Counted from the first letter of the stretch, positions 50,897-61,785 are shown. The stretch: 64,000 nt of DNA from Promethearchaeota archaeon (GCA_048938105.1 JBHLMN010000013.1:1-64000), one strand, 5' to 3'. The notes: generated by a model from the sequence alone, not told the origin. Translations and numbers: made by a program.

Positions 50897-52288
50897 ATGG
50901 CAAAAGAAAGTGTTGAAGACCTACTCAAAAAAGCTGATATTCCTAATCAAAAGGCTGAATTATGGCATCCATATTATCGAGGAAAGATCGAAGTTGTTTC
51001 AAAAGTAAAAATCGATAATTTTGACGATTTTGCTGTTTGGTATACACCCGGAGTGGCAAGACCGTGCAAAATCATAGAAAAAGAAATGAAAGTTGCAAAA
51101 GCACAGAATTGGTCTTATAACTCGGTGTATGACTTGACGAATAAGTGGAACAACGTTGCAGTTGTATCTGATGGCAGTAGAGTCCTGGGATTAGGTGATA
51201 TTGGTCCTGAGGCTGCTATGCCCGTGATGGAGGGTAAAGCGTTATTATTTAAATATCTTGGAGGCGTAGATGCGTTTCCAATTTGTTTAAATTGTCATAA
51301 TGCCAATAAAATAATTACAACGGTAAAATGTATTCAGCCTAGCTTTGGTGGAATCAATTTAGAAGATATTTCTCAACCAAAATGCTTCAAAATACTCGAT
51401 GCTCTTCGTAGTGATAAGGATGTTCATATTCCTGTTTGGCATGATGATCAGCAAGGGACAGCAACCATTATTGTAGCAGGCATGTTTAACGCCTTAAATT
51501 ATCTCGATAAGAAATTAAATGAGGTAATTATTTCTATGGTTGGGGCAGGAGCTGCTAATATGGCAGCTGCTAGAGTTATGATAAGTTCTGGAGTCCCTAA
51601 AAAGAATATCATCATGATAGATTCTAAAGGAATTCTACATCCCGAAAGAAAGGATATTGAAGTAGTTAAGAAAAAATATAGTTTAAAATGGGATATTTGT
51701 CTCAATTCTAATGGTGAAGGAAGAGTAGGAGATATGTTTGATGGAATGAAAGACACAGATATGGTAATTGCGGCTAGTAAACCTGGTCCTGGAGTTATAA
51801 AACCAGAACATATTCAAGCAATGGCAGACGATCCAATTGTATTTGCTTGTGCCAACCCAGTTCCTGAGATATGGCCTTGGGAGGCAAAAGAGGCTGGAGC
51901 TGTGATAGTAGCCACTGGTCGATCTGATTTCCCAAACCAAGTGAATAACAGCCTTGGTTTTCCTGGAATCTTTCGAGGAACACTTGATGTGATGGCAATT
52001 ACTATTTCAGATGAAATGTGCATTGCTGCAGCTAAGGAATTGGCAAAAACAGCTCAAGATAAAGGATTAGAACCAAACTACATTATACCCTCAATGGATG
52101 ATTGGGAAGTATTTCCTCGAGAAGCAGTAGCAGTAGGTCAGCAAGCAATCAAAGAAGGTATTGCTAGACTTAAACTAACTCGTCAAGAAGCATATGAACA
52201 CGCTGAAATCCTTATTAGACGAGCAAGAGAGCAAACTCATTCATTGATGGATTTAGGATATATTTTGAAAGCTCCCTCAATTTATTAG
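50897..52288 (+). CDS. NAD(P)-dependent malic enzyme
   Basis: [47 protein letters not shown] and [13 protein letters not shown] motifs. Confidence 0.95.
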   Translation: MAKESVEDLLKKADIPNQKAELWHPYYRGKIEVVSKVKIDNFDDFAVWYTPGVARPCKIIEKEMKVAKAQNWSYNSVYDLTNKWNNVAVVSDGSRVLGLGDIGPEAAMPVMEGKALLFKYLGGVDAFPICLNCHNANKIITTVKCIQPSFGGINLEDISQPKCFKILDALRSDKDVHIPVWHDDQQGTATIIVAGMFNALNYLDKKLNEVIISMVGAGAANMAAARVMISSGVPKKNIIMIDSKGILHPERKDIEVVKKKYSLKWDICLNSNGEGRVGDMFDGMKDTDMVIAASKPGPGVIKPEHIQAMADDPIVFACANPVPEIWPWEAKEAGAVIVATGRSDFPNQVNNSLGFPGIFRGTLDVMAITISDEMCIAAAKELAKTAQDKGLEPNYIIPSMDDWEVFPREAVAVGQQAIKEGIARLKLTRQEAYEHAEILIRRAREQTHSLMDLGYILKAPSIY

Positions 52289-52338
52289 AAGTATTAATAT
52301 CAAATTTCGCTTGAAAAAAAAAGGAAAATGTAAAATTT

Positions 52339-52737
52339 ATGGCAGAAATAAATGCGGAAGAAACACCTAAAGGTTTTCCACTTAAATTAAATGGGTTAAA
52401 AACTTGCTTACCTTCAAATGGAATAGACACCTCCTCACCTCTAGCTGAATCCTTCGAACGTTGTTCTTATTTTGTTATTGCAGATTTAAACCGTCAGGAA
52501 ATCACAAGTTTTGTGAATTATGTTCAAACATTTCCAAGAGGTGAGAGTATTCAAACAGCGCAAATGATAATCGATCAACAAGTCGAAACAGTAATTGTAC
52601 CTGAAATCGATTCCAGCACTTTAAATATCCTTCAAAAAGCAGGAATAAAAATCTTTTTAGGTATTGATGGAACCATTCAAGAAAATATCGATTTATTTAG
52701 TCAGGGACGATTAGTTGAGATAAAAATCTCCAATTGA
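52339..52737 (+). CDS. NifB/NifX-family (FeMo-cofactor-binding-like) protein
   Basis: FERCSYFVIAD, TAQMI...VETVI, LQKAGIKIF..G.L motifs. Confidence 0.8.
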   Translation: MAEINAEETPKGFPLKLNGLKTCLPSNGIDTSSPLAESFERCSYFVIADLNRQEITSFVNYVQTFPRGESIQTAQMIIDQQVETVIVPEIDSSTLNILQKAGIKIFLGIDGTIQENIDLFSQGRLVEIKISN

Positions 52738-52874
52738 ATTTCTCAAACAAATCTAGGAGGTGTTTGAAGGAAAGAAAAGTGAGATAACTTTATATTAATG
52801 TTCCTTAGAATAAAATTTCAAACAAAGAAGCAATTTTTCTTCTACTTTTTCAAGCTATTTATGGTGTTTAATCC

Positions 52875-53222
52875 TTGGAATTCTTAAACGAGGTTCTACC
52901 AGCATTAATAGTTGCAATTATTGCAGTATTATGTTTGTATGGCTTCGCTAAATGGTTAAATATTGGGAGGTTCCAGACAACGAGATTAAAACAACAACTA
53001 TATCAAAGCGGAGAGACCATACTTCCTCGAAAGCGGCGTTACTTGGATCAAACATTTATTTGGATATCATACTTTTCTACAGCTCATGTTATATCATTTA
53101 TGTTTGCTACATTGTTGATTCTTTCTCTAGGTATAAGAATTAACATATTTTATCCTTTTGTGTATTTTGTTATAACTTCATATGCAATTTTCATGTTAGC
53201 AATAAAAACACCAGAGTCATAA
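52875..53222 (+). CDS. Membrane subunit, NuoA-like
   Basis: Three TM helices with a KQQLYQSGE loop (cf. NuoA K..PYECG); first membrane gene of the cluster. Confidence 0.7.
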   Translation: MEFLNEVLPALIVAIIAVLCLYGFAKWLNIGRFQTTRLKQQLYQSGETILPRKRRYLDQTFIWISYFSTAHVISFMFATLLILSLGIRINIFYPFVYFVITSYAIFMLAIKTPES

Positions 53223-53241
53223 ATTAAAGAGGTGTTATTAT

Positions 53242-53679
53242 CTGATAAATAGGAAAAAACTTGCAGTAAAAGCCTTAACAAACAGTCCATGGGTGGGACA
53301 TCTTAATTGTGGCTCCTGTAATGGATGTGACATTGAAGCATTGTCATTATTTGTTCCTCGATATGATGTTGAAAGATTTGGCATTATTTTAGAAGGATCA
53401 CCTAGACATTGCGACATCCTATTGGCAACAGGTGCAGTTACCAACCAATACATCCTAAGATTGAAACGTATTTATGAGCAAATGCCCGATCCAAAATTCG
53501 TGATTGCAATTGGTAATTGTGCAAGTACTGGGGGTGTTTACCAAGAAACCTATAACACACTAGATGGGGTAGATAAGGTGGTACCTGTTGATATCTATAT
53601 ACCAGGTTGCCCACCTCGTCCTGAAGCTATTGTTGATGGTGTTATCAAATTAATTAACAAAATTCGGCTTGATTTTTAA
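53242..53679 (+). CDS. Group 4 [NiFe]-hydrogenase small subunit (NuoB/MbhJ-like), probable CTG start
   Basis: SPWVGHLNCGSCNGCDIE, SPRHCD, GNCA..GG and PGCPPRP; the conserved SPW lies upstream of the track start. Confidence 0.92.
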   Translation: MINRKKLAVKALTNSPWVGHLNCGSCNGCDIEALSLFVPRYDVERFGIILEGSPRHCDILLATGAVTNQYILRLKRIYEQMPDPKFVIAIGNCASTGGVYQETYNTLDGVDKVVPVDIYIPGCPPRPEAIVDGVIKLINKIRLDF

Positions 53680-53697
53680 GATATAAGTATTAATTAT

Positions 53698-55467
53698 TTG
53701 GTGATTTTAGAAATGGAAGAAATTAAGCCTGAAACACTAGAGGATGTCGTAAAAAACCTAAATCTTTCAGTTCGTGAATCATCTGGGTTTCCACTGGATT
53801 TATATGTTACAGTTCAACCAGAAAGTCTAATCAAAGTAATAAAACAGCTAAAAGAAAAATATAATGTTACACATCTTTTAACAATCATTACTCAAGACCA
53901 AACGGATAGTTATAACTTACTTTATCCGTTCTCCATAAATTTAAGGAATCAGAAAAGTGGGAAATTAATTTTGGATCTCAAGCTTGATAAAAATGATCCA
54001 AAAATAAGTTCAATTGTAACAGAAATACCTGGAGCTATTTTATATGAGCGAGAAGTCTATGATATGATGGGTATCACGTTTTTAAACCATCCTGGTCTCC
54101 AGCGTTTATTAACACCCGATTCTTTGCCAAATTACATTTACCCCTTAAGGAAAGATATTACTTTTACGGAAATTCGTGAGAGATTAGCTGAATCAAGGAA
54201 AGAAAGAGAAGCTGAAAAAGAGCTAAAGGAATATATAAAGCGAGAGTATGTTGATTTTACTTCTGAAAGATCTGATTACTCAATATCTGTAGGGCCTCAA
54301 CATCCCTCTTTGGAAGAACCAATTCGTTTTATTTTTCATGTCAAAGGGGAGACTGTTAAAGCCATTGATTTGCGTTTAGGATTTTCTCATCGAGGGATAG
54401 AAAAGGCATTTGAAAGTCGTACATGGATGCAAAACCTCTATTTAGCTGAAAGAATATGTGGGATATGCAGTGATGCTCATCAATTATGTTATGTCCAAGC
54501 TGTAGAGAAATGTGCTGAATTAACTGAAGTAATACCAGAACGAGCACAGTATATTCGAGTAATAATGGCTGAACTTGAACGTATACACTCACATTTATTA
54601 TGGTATGGAATTCTAGCCCACGATACTGGCTTTGATACAATGTTTCAATACACTTGGCGAGATAGAGAAATTGTGATGGATATTCTGGAGGAGATCTCTG
54701 GGAACCGTGTTAATTATGCTATGCATACCATTGGCGGGGTTCGCCGAGACATTGATTCAGAAGTGACAAAAGTCAAAATTATTCCAAAATTAAAAAATCT
54801 TCGAAAAAGGGTTGAAAAGCATAAAAAAATGATAATCCAGCAAAGAAGTTTTATTTCTCGTCTAAAAGGCATAGCAATATTAACAAGAAAAGATGCAGCA
54901 CGTTTTTGTGTTGTGGGGCCAACTGCTCGAGCTAGTGGAATAAATATTGATGTTCGAAAAAATGATCCTTATGGTGCTTATGATCAGCTCTCGTTCAATA
55001 TTCCTCTTTTAACTGAAGGTGATATTTTAAGTGGATTAATAAATCGCTTAGATGAAAGTCTTATCTCTATAGATCTAGTAATTGATGCACTCAAAGCCTT
55101 GCCTCCAGGTAATTTAACAATTAAAGTACCTCGACAAATTCCTGTAGGAGAAGGAATGAGTTGTGTTGAAGCACCAAGGGGAGAGAATGTGCATTATATT
55201 CGATCGAATGGTAAGAATAATCCAGAACGTCATAAAGTTCGTGCTCCAACCCTCGCCAATATGCCAAGTTTGGTATATCGATTAATTGGTGTACAAGTAG
55301 CAGACATTCCTCCTGTCATCCGAGTCATCGATCCATGCATCGGTTGTATGGATAGAGTCACTTTCATAGACTCAGGAAAAGGAAAAAAGCTTGATTTATC
55401 AGGAAATCATTTAATAAGTCGGGCAAATCGTGCTTATCGTTTGGGTACTAAAATTCTTGACTTTTAA
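53698..55467 (+). CDS. Group 4 [NiFe]-hydrogenase large subunit, fused NuoC/NuoD-like
   Basis: EREVYDMMG (C module), GPQHP, L1 ERICGICSDAH, EAPRGE, L2 DPCIGCMDR plus a 36-aa C-terminal extension. Confidence 0.95.
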   Translation: MVILEMEEIKPETLEDVVKNLNLSVRESSGFPLDLYVTVQPESLIKVIKQLKEKYNVTHLLTIITQDQTDSYNLLYPFSINLRNQKSGKLILDLKLDKNDPKISSIVTEIPGAILYEREVYDMMGITFLNHPGLQRLLTPDSLPNYIYPLRKDITFTEIRERLAESRKEREAEKELKEYIKREYVDFTSERSDYSISVGPQHPSLEEPIRFIFHVKGETVKAIDLRLGFSHRGIEKAFESRTWMQNLYLAERICGICSDAHQLCYVQAVEKCAELTEVIPERAQYIRVIMAELERIHSHLLWYGILAHDTGFDTMFQYTWRDREIVMDILEEISGNRVNYAMHTIGGVRRDIDSEVTKVKIIPKLKNLRKRVEKHKKMIIQQRSFISRLKGIAILTRKDAARFCVVGPTARASGINIDVRKNDPYGAYDQLSFNIPLLTEGDILSGLINRLDESLISIDLVIDALKALPPGNLTIKVPRQIPVGEGMSCVEAPRGENVHYIRSNGKNNPERHKVRAPTLANMPSLVYRLIGVQVADIPPVIRVIDPCIGCMDRVTFIDSGKGKKLDLSGNHLISRANRAYRLGTKILDF

Positions 55468-55482
55468 TGGAGAAATAAATGA

Positions 55483-56622
55483 ATGCCATCTATTAATTCT
55501 GTATTAAGACCTCTGATTTTTTTCATGATTTATTTCCTAATTATAGCCAGTTTATTCTTTTTTTTTCAAGAATCTCCTGAGATGATTATTCTCTTGAAGT
55601 ATTTTCTCTTCCCAGGTATTCTTTTTATTTTTACTGGGGCTTTATTTTATAATTGGTTTGAACGGAAAATTTACGCTCGGATGCAAAACCGAAAAGGCCC
55701 CCGATTAATTCAACCTGTTTACGATGTTCTTAAACTACTCGTTAAAGAAGATATTACACCAAATGGTGTTGATACGCCTGAATTCAATGTAATTCCCCCA
55801 ATTCAATTACTTTTAGCACTCTTATTGGCCTTCTTTTTACCAATATATATAGCAGAAGGATTAATCTCTTTTGATGGTGATTTGCTTTTTTTGCTATTTT
55901 TATTGGCAGTGTTATCAGGATCAATCTTTTTGCTTGGATGGGCTAGTAACAATCCATATGGTTTACTTGGAGGATCTAGAGCTGCAATTGCAGAATTATC
56001 ACTCGAAATTCCGTTAACCATAGCTTTTATTGCCCCTGCTATCTTAGCAGGGTCACTCCGTATCTCAAATATCGTTCAGAGCGAATTCAATCTAATTGAT
56101 ATTCCCTTGAATGTAATCTTTCAAATGAATGATTTTTCTATTCATCATCTGTTGTATTTAATTCCTCTTTCTCTTCTCTTCTATATTGCAGTATTGTCTG
56201 CAAATGCAGTCCTAGAAAAAGTTCCATTCGATCCAGCTCACGCAGAAGTTGAAATTGTTGGTGGTTGGACAGTAGAACTTAGTGGGAAAAAGCTTCTTTA
56301 CATTCGCCTTGCAAATTTAGTAACGGAATTTGCAATTGCAGGGATTATAGCAACTATTTTCTTAGGTGGTCCAGGATTTAGTCCATTAAACAAAATGTTC
56401 GATGGGATTCTAATTGTTGGACGATGGGATGTATTTTATTATATTATAAACTTTTTAACCTTTATTATTAAAACTACACTATGTATTTTTTTTATTACGA
56501 TTAGCCGTACAGTTCTATCCCGCCTTCGAATTGACCAATTAGTTCAATATTTTTGGCGGTATTATTTACCTGTTTCTTTCTTTGCATTAATAGTGATAAT
56601 CTATCTAGCAGGAGTAATTTAA
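55483..56622 (+). CDS. NuoH/MbhM-like membrane subunit
   Basis: ERKIYARMQNRKGP, QPVYDVLKLLVKE and PFD..AE.EIVGG..VE.SG motifs. Confidence 0.93.
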   Translation: MPSINSVLRPLIFFMIYFLIIASLFFFFQESPEMIILLKYFLFPGILFIFTGALFYNWFERKIYARMQNRKGPRLIQPVYDVLKLLVKEDITPNGVDTPEFNVIPPIQLLLALLLAFFLPIYIAEGLISFDGDLLFLLFLLAVLSGSIFLLGWASNNPYGLLGGSRAAIAELSLEIPLTIAFIAPAILAGSLRISNIVQSEFNLIDIPLNVIFQMNDFSIHHLLYLIPLSLLFYIAVLSANAVLEKVPFDPAHAEVEIVGGWTVELSGKKLLYIRLANLVTEFAIAGIIATIFLGGPGFSPLNKMFDGILIVGRWDVFYYIINFLTFIIKTTLCIFFITISRTVLSRLRIDQLVQYFWRYYLPVSFFALIVIIYLAGVI

Positions 56623-56624
56623 AG

Positions 56625-57083
56625 ATGGTTAAAATACCTGATCTTTTTCCTGTGTTAAGTGAAGTTACTCGGAATTTAATAAATAAAACAGTTACAGTCG
56701 AATTTCCTTTTGAGAATGTAAAAGTTCCAGATGGATATAGAGGGGCACCAGAAGTCAATCCAAAGCTATGTATTGTTTGTAAAACTTGTGAAAAAATATG
56801 CCCAACACATTGCATTGAGATTATCCCTGTGAATCCCAGTGAAATTGCAGATTATTCTCAGGAGAAAGGAATTCCCTTTTGCTTTTCAATTAACCTTTCA
56901 CAATGTATGTTTTGTCAGGAATGTGAGAAATCTTGTCCAGTAGGTAAGAAAGGAGAATCTGCTATAAACCTTAATTCAAGTCGATGGTTAATGGCTAATT
57001 ATAAAATTGCAGATACAACTGAAAAAAAACTTGTTTATCAGAGACCTAAGAGAAAAAAGAAAATTAACGCTCAAGGAAGTTAA
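56625..57083 (+). CDS. NuoI/MbhN-like 2x[4Fe-4S] subunit
   Basis: YRGAP, CIVCKTCEKICP and CMFCQECEKSCP; start ATG 56625. Confidence 0.93.
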   Translation: MVKIPDLFPVLSEVTRNLINKTVTVEFPFENVKVPDGYRGAPEVNPKLCIVCKTCEKICPTHCIEIIPVNPSEIADYSQEKGIPFCFSINLSQCMFCQECEKSCPVGKKGESAINLNSSRWLMANYKIADTTEKKLVYQRPKRKKKINAQGS

Positions 57084-57088
57084 ATCCA

Positions 57089-57373
57089 ATGGCATCGGTC
57101 GAAGTAGTAATCTTAACTATATTTACAATAGCAATGGCGGCTGCAGCGCTTGAGGTGGAAAATATAACTCGTTCTATCCTTTGTTTAGCGCTTTCGTCTA
57201 TTGGAGTTGGTTCTATATTCTTTTTTGTTGGTGCTAGTTATGCTGCCGTTTTTGAATTCGTTCTTTATGCTGGTGTTTTAATAATTTTGTTTATTGTTGC
57301 AGCTAGTTTAACTGAAATCACCGAAAAAGAGACTATTGGAGAGGATCTCTTGATAAAGGAGATAAAATCATGA
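57089..57373 (+). CDS. NuoJ N-terminal-half-like membrane subunit
   Basis: GASYAAVFEFVLYAGVLIILF. Confidence 0.85.
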   Translation: MASVEVVILTIFTIAMAAAALEVENITRSILCLALSSIGVGSIFFFVGASYAAVFEFVLYAGVLIILFIVAASLTEITEKETIGEDLLIKEIKS

Positions 57374-57642
57374 ATAATAAGGAAGTATTAGGAAGAATCG
57401 GATTTGCTATCATTGGCTTTATTTTGTTAGTTCTTATTGTTGATGCACAAGATAGTGGAGCTTGGGCAACCTTACAAACTGTGAAACCAAATTTAGCAAA
57501 CGAAAGGAGTTTGGGGTTATTATGGACCACTCTAGCAACCTCAACTATAATTCAAGGTTTTATGCTTTATGCAGCCCTTTTGGGTTCAAATTTACAGTTC
57601 TCGCCACCAACAAAAGAGAGAGAAAAAGAGGAGGAGTCTTAA
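57370..57642 (+). CDS. Small membrane subunit, probable NuoJ C-terminal half
   Basis: Two TM helices, LGLLW; ATGA overlap with the preceding gene. Confidence 0.65.
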   Translation: MNNKEVLGRIGFAIIGFILLVLIVDAQDSGAWATLQTVKPNLANERSLGLLWTTLATSTIIQGFMLYAALLGSNLQFSPPTKEREKEEES

Positions 57643-57974
57643 TGGCGTTTTCTGTAGATTCTTTCACTGATTTTGAAATTTTACTAGCTTTATCGTTTAT
57701 CATGCTCTTAATTGGTATTTATGGCCTAATTACAAAACGTTTAGCTATTAAAACAATAATGGCTTTAGAAATCCTTGTTACTGCACCTAATATAGCATTT
57801 ATTGCTTTTGGTTTTACTCAAAATACAAATATAGATCCACAGACACAGGCTTTTGTAATTATATCCTTATCAGTTGGGGCTGCCGTTATTGGTCTGGCTT
57901 TAGCTTTTCTTCGCAATTTGTACAAACACTTCGAAACAACTGAAGTGGACGCTTTTACAACACTTAAAGGATGA
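57642..57974 (+). CDS. NuoK/MnhC-like subunit
   Basis: IGIYGLITKR...IMALEI, DPQTQAFVI, LKG end; start ATG 57642. Confidence 0.88.
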   Translation: MAFSVDSFTDFEILLALSFIMLLIGIYGLITKRLAIKTIMALEILVTAPNIAFIAFGFTQNTNIDPQTQAFVIISLSVGAAVIGLALAFLRNLYKHFETTEVDAFTTLKG

Positions 57975-57975
57975 G

Positions 57976-59946
57976 GTGGCTAAAAATATGTCCAGCTGGC
58001 GAATAACAACTTTTGAAAACCTTATTGATGTTTCTCTTCAACCTTGGTTTTTAGTTTTCGCTATTCCCATTGTTGGAGCATTTTGTTCACCAATTGTAGG
58101 TAGATTTAATTCAACTCTACGTAATTTTTTTTCAATTGCAACAATCGGGATTTCAACCCTACTTGCAGGATATCTGGTTGCACTTGGAACTGCAGAAGAA
58201 CATATAATATTATTCGTTCCAACAATTATTAACAATTCAACTTTTGATTTTTTCTGTAATTCAATAAATCTTGACGCTTTAGGTGTCTTTATCGCTCTAA
58301 TTGCATCAGGATTGGGTTTCTTAATAGCAATTTTTTCATTAGAATATATGAAGGAAGACACAGCTCAAGGAAGATATTATTTTTTCCTCCAGCTTTTTAT
58401 TGGTGGAATGGTTCTTCTTGTTCTTGCTGGGGATTTGATATTCCTGTACTTTGGCTGGAAAATGGTAGGAGTGTGTAGTTATTTCCTAATTGGTCACTGG
58501 TTTCATAAACCTGAACCACAAGGTTCTTTATGTGCGAAGTCAGGAATGAAGGCCTTTCTTATGACACTTGTAGGTGATATTGCTCTTTTGATTGCACTTG
58601 GAATCCTATGGTTTGAATTAGACACAATTAATATTAAAATCATAACTCAAGCGTTTAATTCAGGAGTAACATCTGGACTCCAAACATTCGTTGCTTTACT
58701 CATTCTTCTTGGGGCAATTAGTAAATCAGCGCAATTTCCATTCATTACATGGTTAAGTAGTCCAAGAGATATTAATATTGATGCCATGCAGGGCCCTACA
58801 ACCGTCAGTGCACTCATACATGCCGCAACTATGGTAAAGGCGGGAGTTTATCTTATTTCAAGGTTTTATATGGTTTTTGCGCCAGTAAACATAACATTTT
58901 TTATCATGATCATTTCACTTATCGCTGCGATTACTGCATTGATAACTGCAGCTTCAGCTTTAGCATCCATTGATATTAAGCGTGTATTGGCTTATTCAAC
59001 TGTTAGTCAACTAGCCTATATGTTTATGGGCCTCTCTATTGGCTTTTTAGCTTATATTGAGAAACCAATAATTAGCATCGAAGGTTTTATGGGGACTCAG
59101 TTCCATCTATTGTCACATGCAATATTCAAAGCTCTTCTCTTCCTTTCAGCAGGAGCAATTATACATTCTTTAAATGAAGAAAGGAATATTAAATGTATGG
59201 GTGGATTAAAAGATGAATTACCAATTATTCATTGGACAACATTAATAGGAATATGTGCTTTAGCTGGTGTTCCATTCTTCTTTAACGGTGGATATAGTAA
59301 AGAGGCGATATTAGGCTCAATAGTTAACTTCGTTTTTAGTGGTGCAAAATTAGCTCTTTTTGGATGGATAATTTATGGGGCTGGTATGATAACAGTAATT
59401 TTAACATCGTTATACGCTTTTCGACTCTTTTTTCTAATTTTTTATGGCAAAAAGTCAGAAAGTTTGAAAGTAAACAAACCTGGCTTTATTATGCGGGGAG
59501 TGACATCCTTTTTAGCAATTCTTGTTGTTATAACTGGATTTATTGGGCCTATTCTTTTAAATACCCATTTTAGACCAATGTTTAAGAATTCAGAATATCA
59601 TTCACCATTAATATACATTCCTGATCCTTTACATCAGCCATTAGCTTTTATCAACATGGTTATTGTAATTGGATTGGTTATTATCGGATTTGGTCTTAGT
59701 TATCACATTTACTACAAGGGTCCAAGAACGATTATGCCTACTGTTCAGAAGAACTGGATTCTTAACGCTTTCCATACCATAATTATAGAGGGATTTTATC
59801 TAGATACGATTTACAACGAGCTCATAGACTTATTCATGTTTTTAAACTGGAAACTTCGAAAGTTACAGACTGGGGATCTCAATTTTAACATGGCAGGAGT
59901 AGGTATGATAGCTATTCTAATAATCATAACTTTATTGTTATTTTAA
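57976..59946 (+). CDS. NuoL/MnhA-like antiporter subunit
   Basis: SYFLIGHW, KAF, KSAQFP, AMQGPTTVSALIHAATMVKAG, IKRVLAYST, HAIFKALLF and LQTG motifs. Confidence 0.93.
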   Translation: MAKNMSSWRITTFENLIDVSLQPWFLVFAIPIVGAFCSPIVGRFNSTLRNFFSIATIGISTLLAGYLVALGTAEEHIILFVPTIINNSTFDFFCNSINLDALGVFIALIASGLGFLIAIFSLEYMKEDTAQGRYYFFLQLFIGGMVLLVLAGDLIFLYFGWKMVGVCSYFLIGHWFHKPEPQGSLCAKSGMKAFLMTLVGDIALLIALGILWFELDTINIKIITQAFNSGVTSGLQTFVALLILLGAISKSAQFPFITWLSSPRDINIDAMQGPTTVSALIHAATMVKAGVYLISRFYMVFAPVNITFFIMIISLIAAITALITAASALASIDIKRVLAYSTVSQLAYMFMGLSIGFLAYIEKPIISIEGFMGTQFHLLSHAIFKALLFLSAGAIIHSLNEERNIKCMGGLKDELPIIHWTTLIGICALAGVPFFFNGGYSKEAILGSIVNFVFSGAKLALFGWIIYGAGMITVILTSLYAFRLFFLIFYGKKSESLKVNKPGFIMRGVTSFLAILVVITGFIGPILLNTHFRPMFKNSEYHSPLIYIPDPLHQPLAFINMVIVIGLVIIGFGLSYHIYYKGPRTIMPTVQKNWILNAFHTIIIEGFYLDTIYNELIDLFMFLNWKLRKLQTGDLNFNMAGVGMIAILIIITLLLF

Positions 59947-59958
59947 GGTGGTACAATC

Positions 59959-61491
59959 ATGATTGTGATCTTTGGACTAAATATTACATTAATTACTTTC
60001 GTTATTATCCCCCTTTTTTTTTCATTTTTTCTTATACTTTTAGAAAAGTTATTTTCATCCTCACGGTTAAAAAAGAATTTTATTCATATAATAGCATTAA
60101 TTGGGGCATTATTTGATTTACTTCTTGCTTTTCTTTTCTGTTCCGAGATCCTGAAGACTGGAAAAGAATTTTTTATAGATACTTCTTTCCTCGTTTTAAA
60201 AACTGATATCACATCTCTCTTTTTTATACTGATTTTTACAACAATTCATTTTACTGTATCCATTTATTGTGTCAATTTTATGGATCAATTCGATGACCTT
60301 GCTATTTTTTATGCGTTATTATTTGCATTAGTAACAGGTCTTAATTTGATAGTTATGGCTTCTGATTTTTTCACGCTTTTCGTAGCTTATGAGGGAATGG
60401 CATTATGTGCTTATTCCATGGTTGGATTTTACCGTAATCTAGAATCATCTGAAGCAGGATTTAAGTATCTGATGATGAGCTCAACTGGAAGCCTCTTATT
60501 ATTATTCGGCTTAGCCTTACTGTATGGAGTAGTAGGAAGCCTTAATTTTGCCTACTTGTCAACTGCCAACTTAGATAACAATTTGATGTTATCTTTAGCG
60601 ATTATCTTGATGGTTCTTGGATTTGGAATAACAGCTTCGATGTTCTTCTTAAATACTTGGCTTCCAGATGCTCATCCTGCCGCACCACCACCTGCTAGTG
60701 TCATTCTATCAGGAATTGTAGTTATCGCAGGGACATATGGATTATTAAGAACTTTCACTCTTCTTATAATTCCTTTAAACATCAATTCAGAACTATCATG
60801 GTCTAATCTGTTTATACTTATCGGTATTTTTACATCATTACAAGGGAATCTCTTTGTACTCATTCAATTCAAGAGAACTGATTCGCAGGCAAGAAATCTT
60901 AAACGGATATTAGCTTTTTCAACAATTTCACATATGGGCTACCTATTAACTGGAATAGGTACTGCTAATATCATGGGTATAAGCGGAGTTCTACTGCATG
61001 CTCTCAATCATGCAATTGCAAAAGGAATTATGTTTATGATTGCAGGTTATCTTATTTTTTCTGGAGGTTCGCATTGTCTCGATCATTATAAGGGATTAGG
61101 CCGTCAAGATCCAGTGATTGGAACCTGTTTAGTTATTGGTTTGTTTTCATTGGCCTCAATACCTCTTACTGGTGGTTTCTGGTCGAAATTACAGCTAATA
61201 CTTGGTCTTTTTGAAAATGGTTATCCCTTCGGAATATTCGCAGGTGTAAGTATGCTTGGATTAACTTTTTTCGCTGCAATAGGTTACCTTTGGATAATCA
61301 AATATATTGTTATGGATCATTCAGATATGGATTTAGAATATATTCATAATTTTAAGAAGATGAATCTAAGAAGGGGCGGATTTATGAAGTTAGCGATTAT
61401 CATATTGACATTAATTGTGGTTATTCTCGGATTATTACCAGGTCCATTCATAAATTTAACATTACAGGCTGCACATTATCTATTTGGATAA
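59959..61491 (+). CDS. NuoM/N (MnhD-like) antiporter subunit
   Basis: EAGFKY, WLPDAHPAAP, LKRILAFSTISH and PLTGGFWSK motifs. Confidence 0.92.
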   Translation: MIVIFGLNITLITFVIIPLFFSFFLILLEKLFSSSRLKKNFIHIIALIGALFDLLLAFLFCSEILKTGKEFFIDTSFLVLKTDITSLFFILIFTTIHFTVSIYCVNFMDQFDDLAIFYALLFALVTGLNLIVMASDFFTLFVAYEGMALCAYSMVGFYRNLESSEAGFKYLMMSSTGSLLLLFGLALLYGVVGSLNFAYLSTANLDNNLMLSLAIILMVLGFGITASMFFLNTWLPDAHPAAPPPASVILSGIVVIAGTYGLLRTFTLLIIPLNINSELSWSNLFILIGIFTSLQGNLFVLIQFKRTDSQARNLKRILAFSTISHMGYLLTGIGTANIMGISGVLLHALNHAIAKGIMFMIAGYLIFSGGSHCLDHYKGLGRQDPVIGTCLVIGLFSLASIPLTGGFWSKLQLILGLFENGYPFGIFAGVSMLGLTFFAAIGYLWIIKYIVMDHSDMDLEYIHNFKKMNLRRGGFMKLAIIILTLIVVILGLLPGPFINLTLQAAHYLFG

Positions 61492-61702
61492 CTTCTAATA
61501 TTTCCACATTTATCAAATAAGATATTTTTAAAATATAAACGTGTAATAAATGAGAATTTTATATTTAAAGAAAATATAATTTTGATAATATTTTTCCTTC
61601 ATATATGAAACATTGATTTACATGAAAAGGGCAGAAATCAATACTAATCATATGTCTTAAAATTCAGTGGGGACGAAATCTTCCAAGAAATAAGATTTAT
61701 TC

Positions 61703-61757
61703 TGTACATATATTTTATTAACTCATTATTGGTATTTATAATCGACCCTTGTTGGTC
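61703..61757 (+). promoter_or_regulatory. Shared regulon promoter of the small-ORF cluster
   Basis: TGTAC-ATATA-TTTTATTAA-N22-GACC-CTTGTT-GGTC. Confidence 0.7.
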
Positions 61758-61785
61758 AAGCTAAATCTAATTTGGGATAATACAG

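Noticed and set aside
52875-61491. True respiratory complex I (nuo/fpo)
   Set aside because: The large subunit retains both Ni-binding CxxC motifs and a cleavable tail, and HycI is adjacent, so it is a hydrogenase
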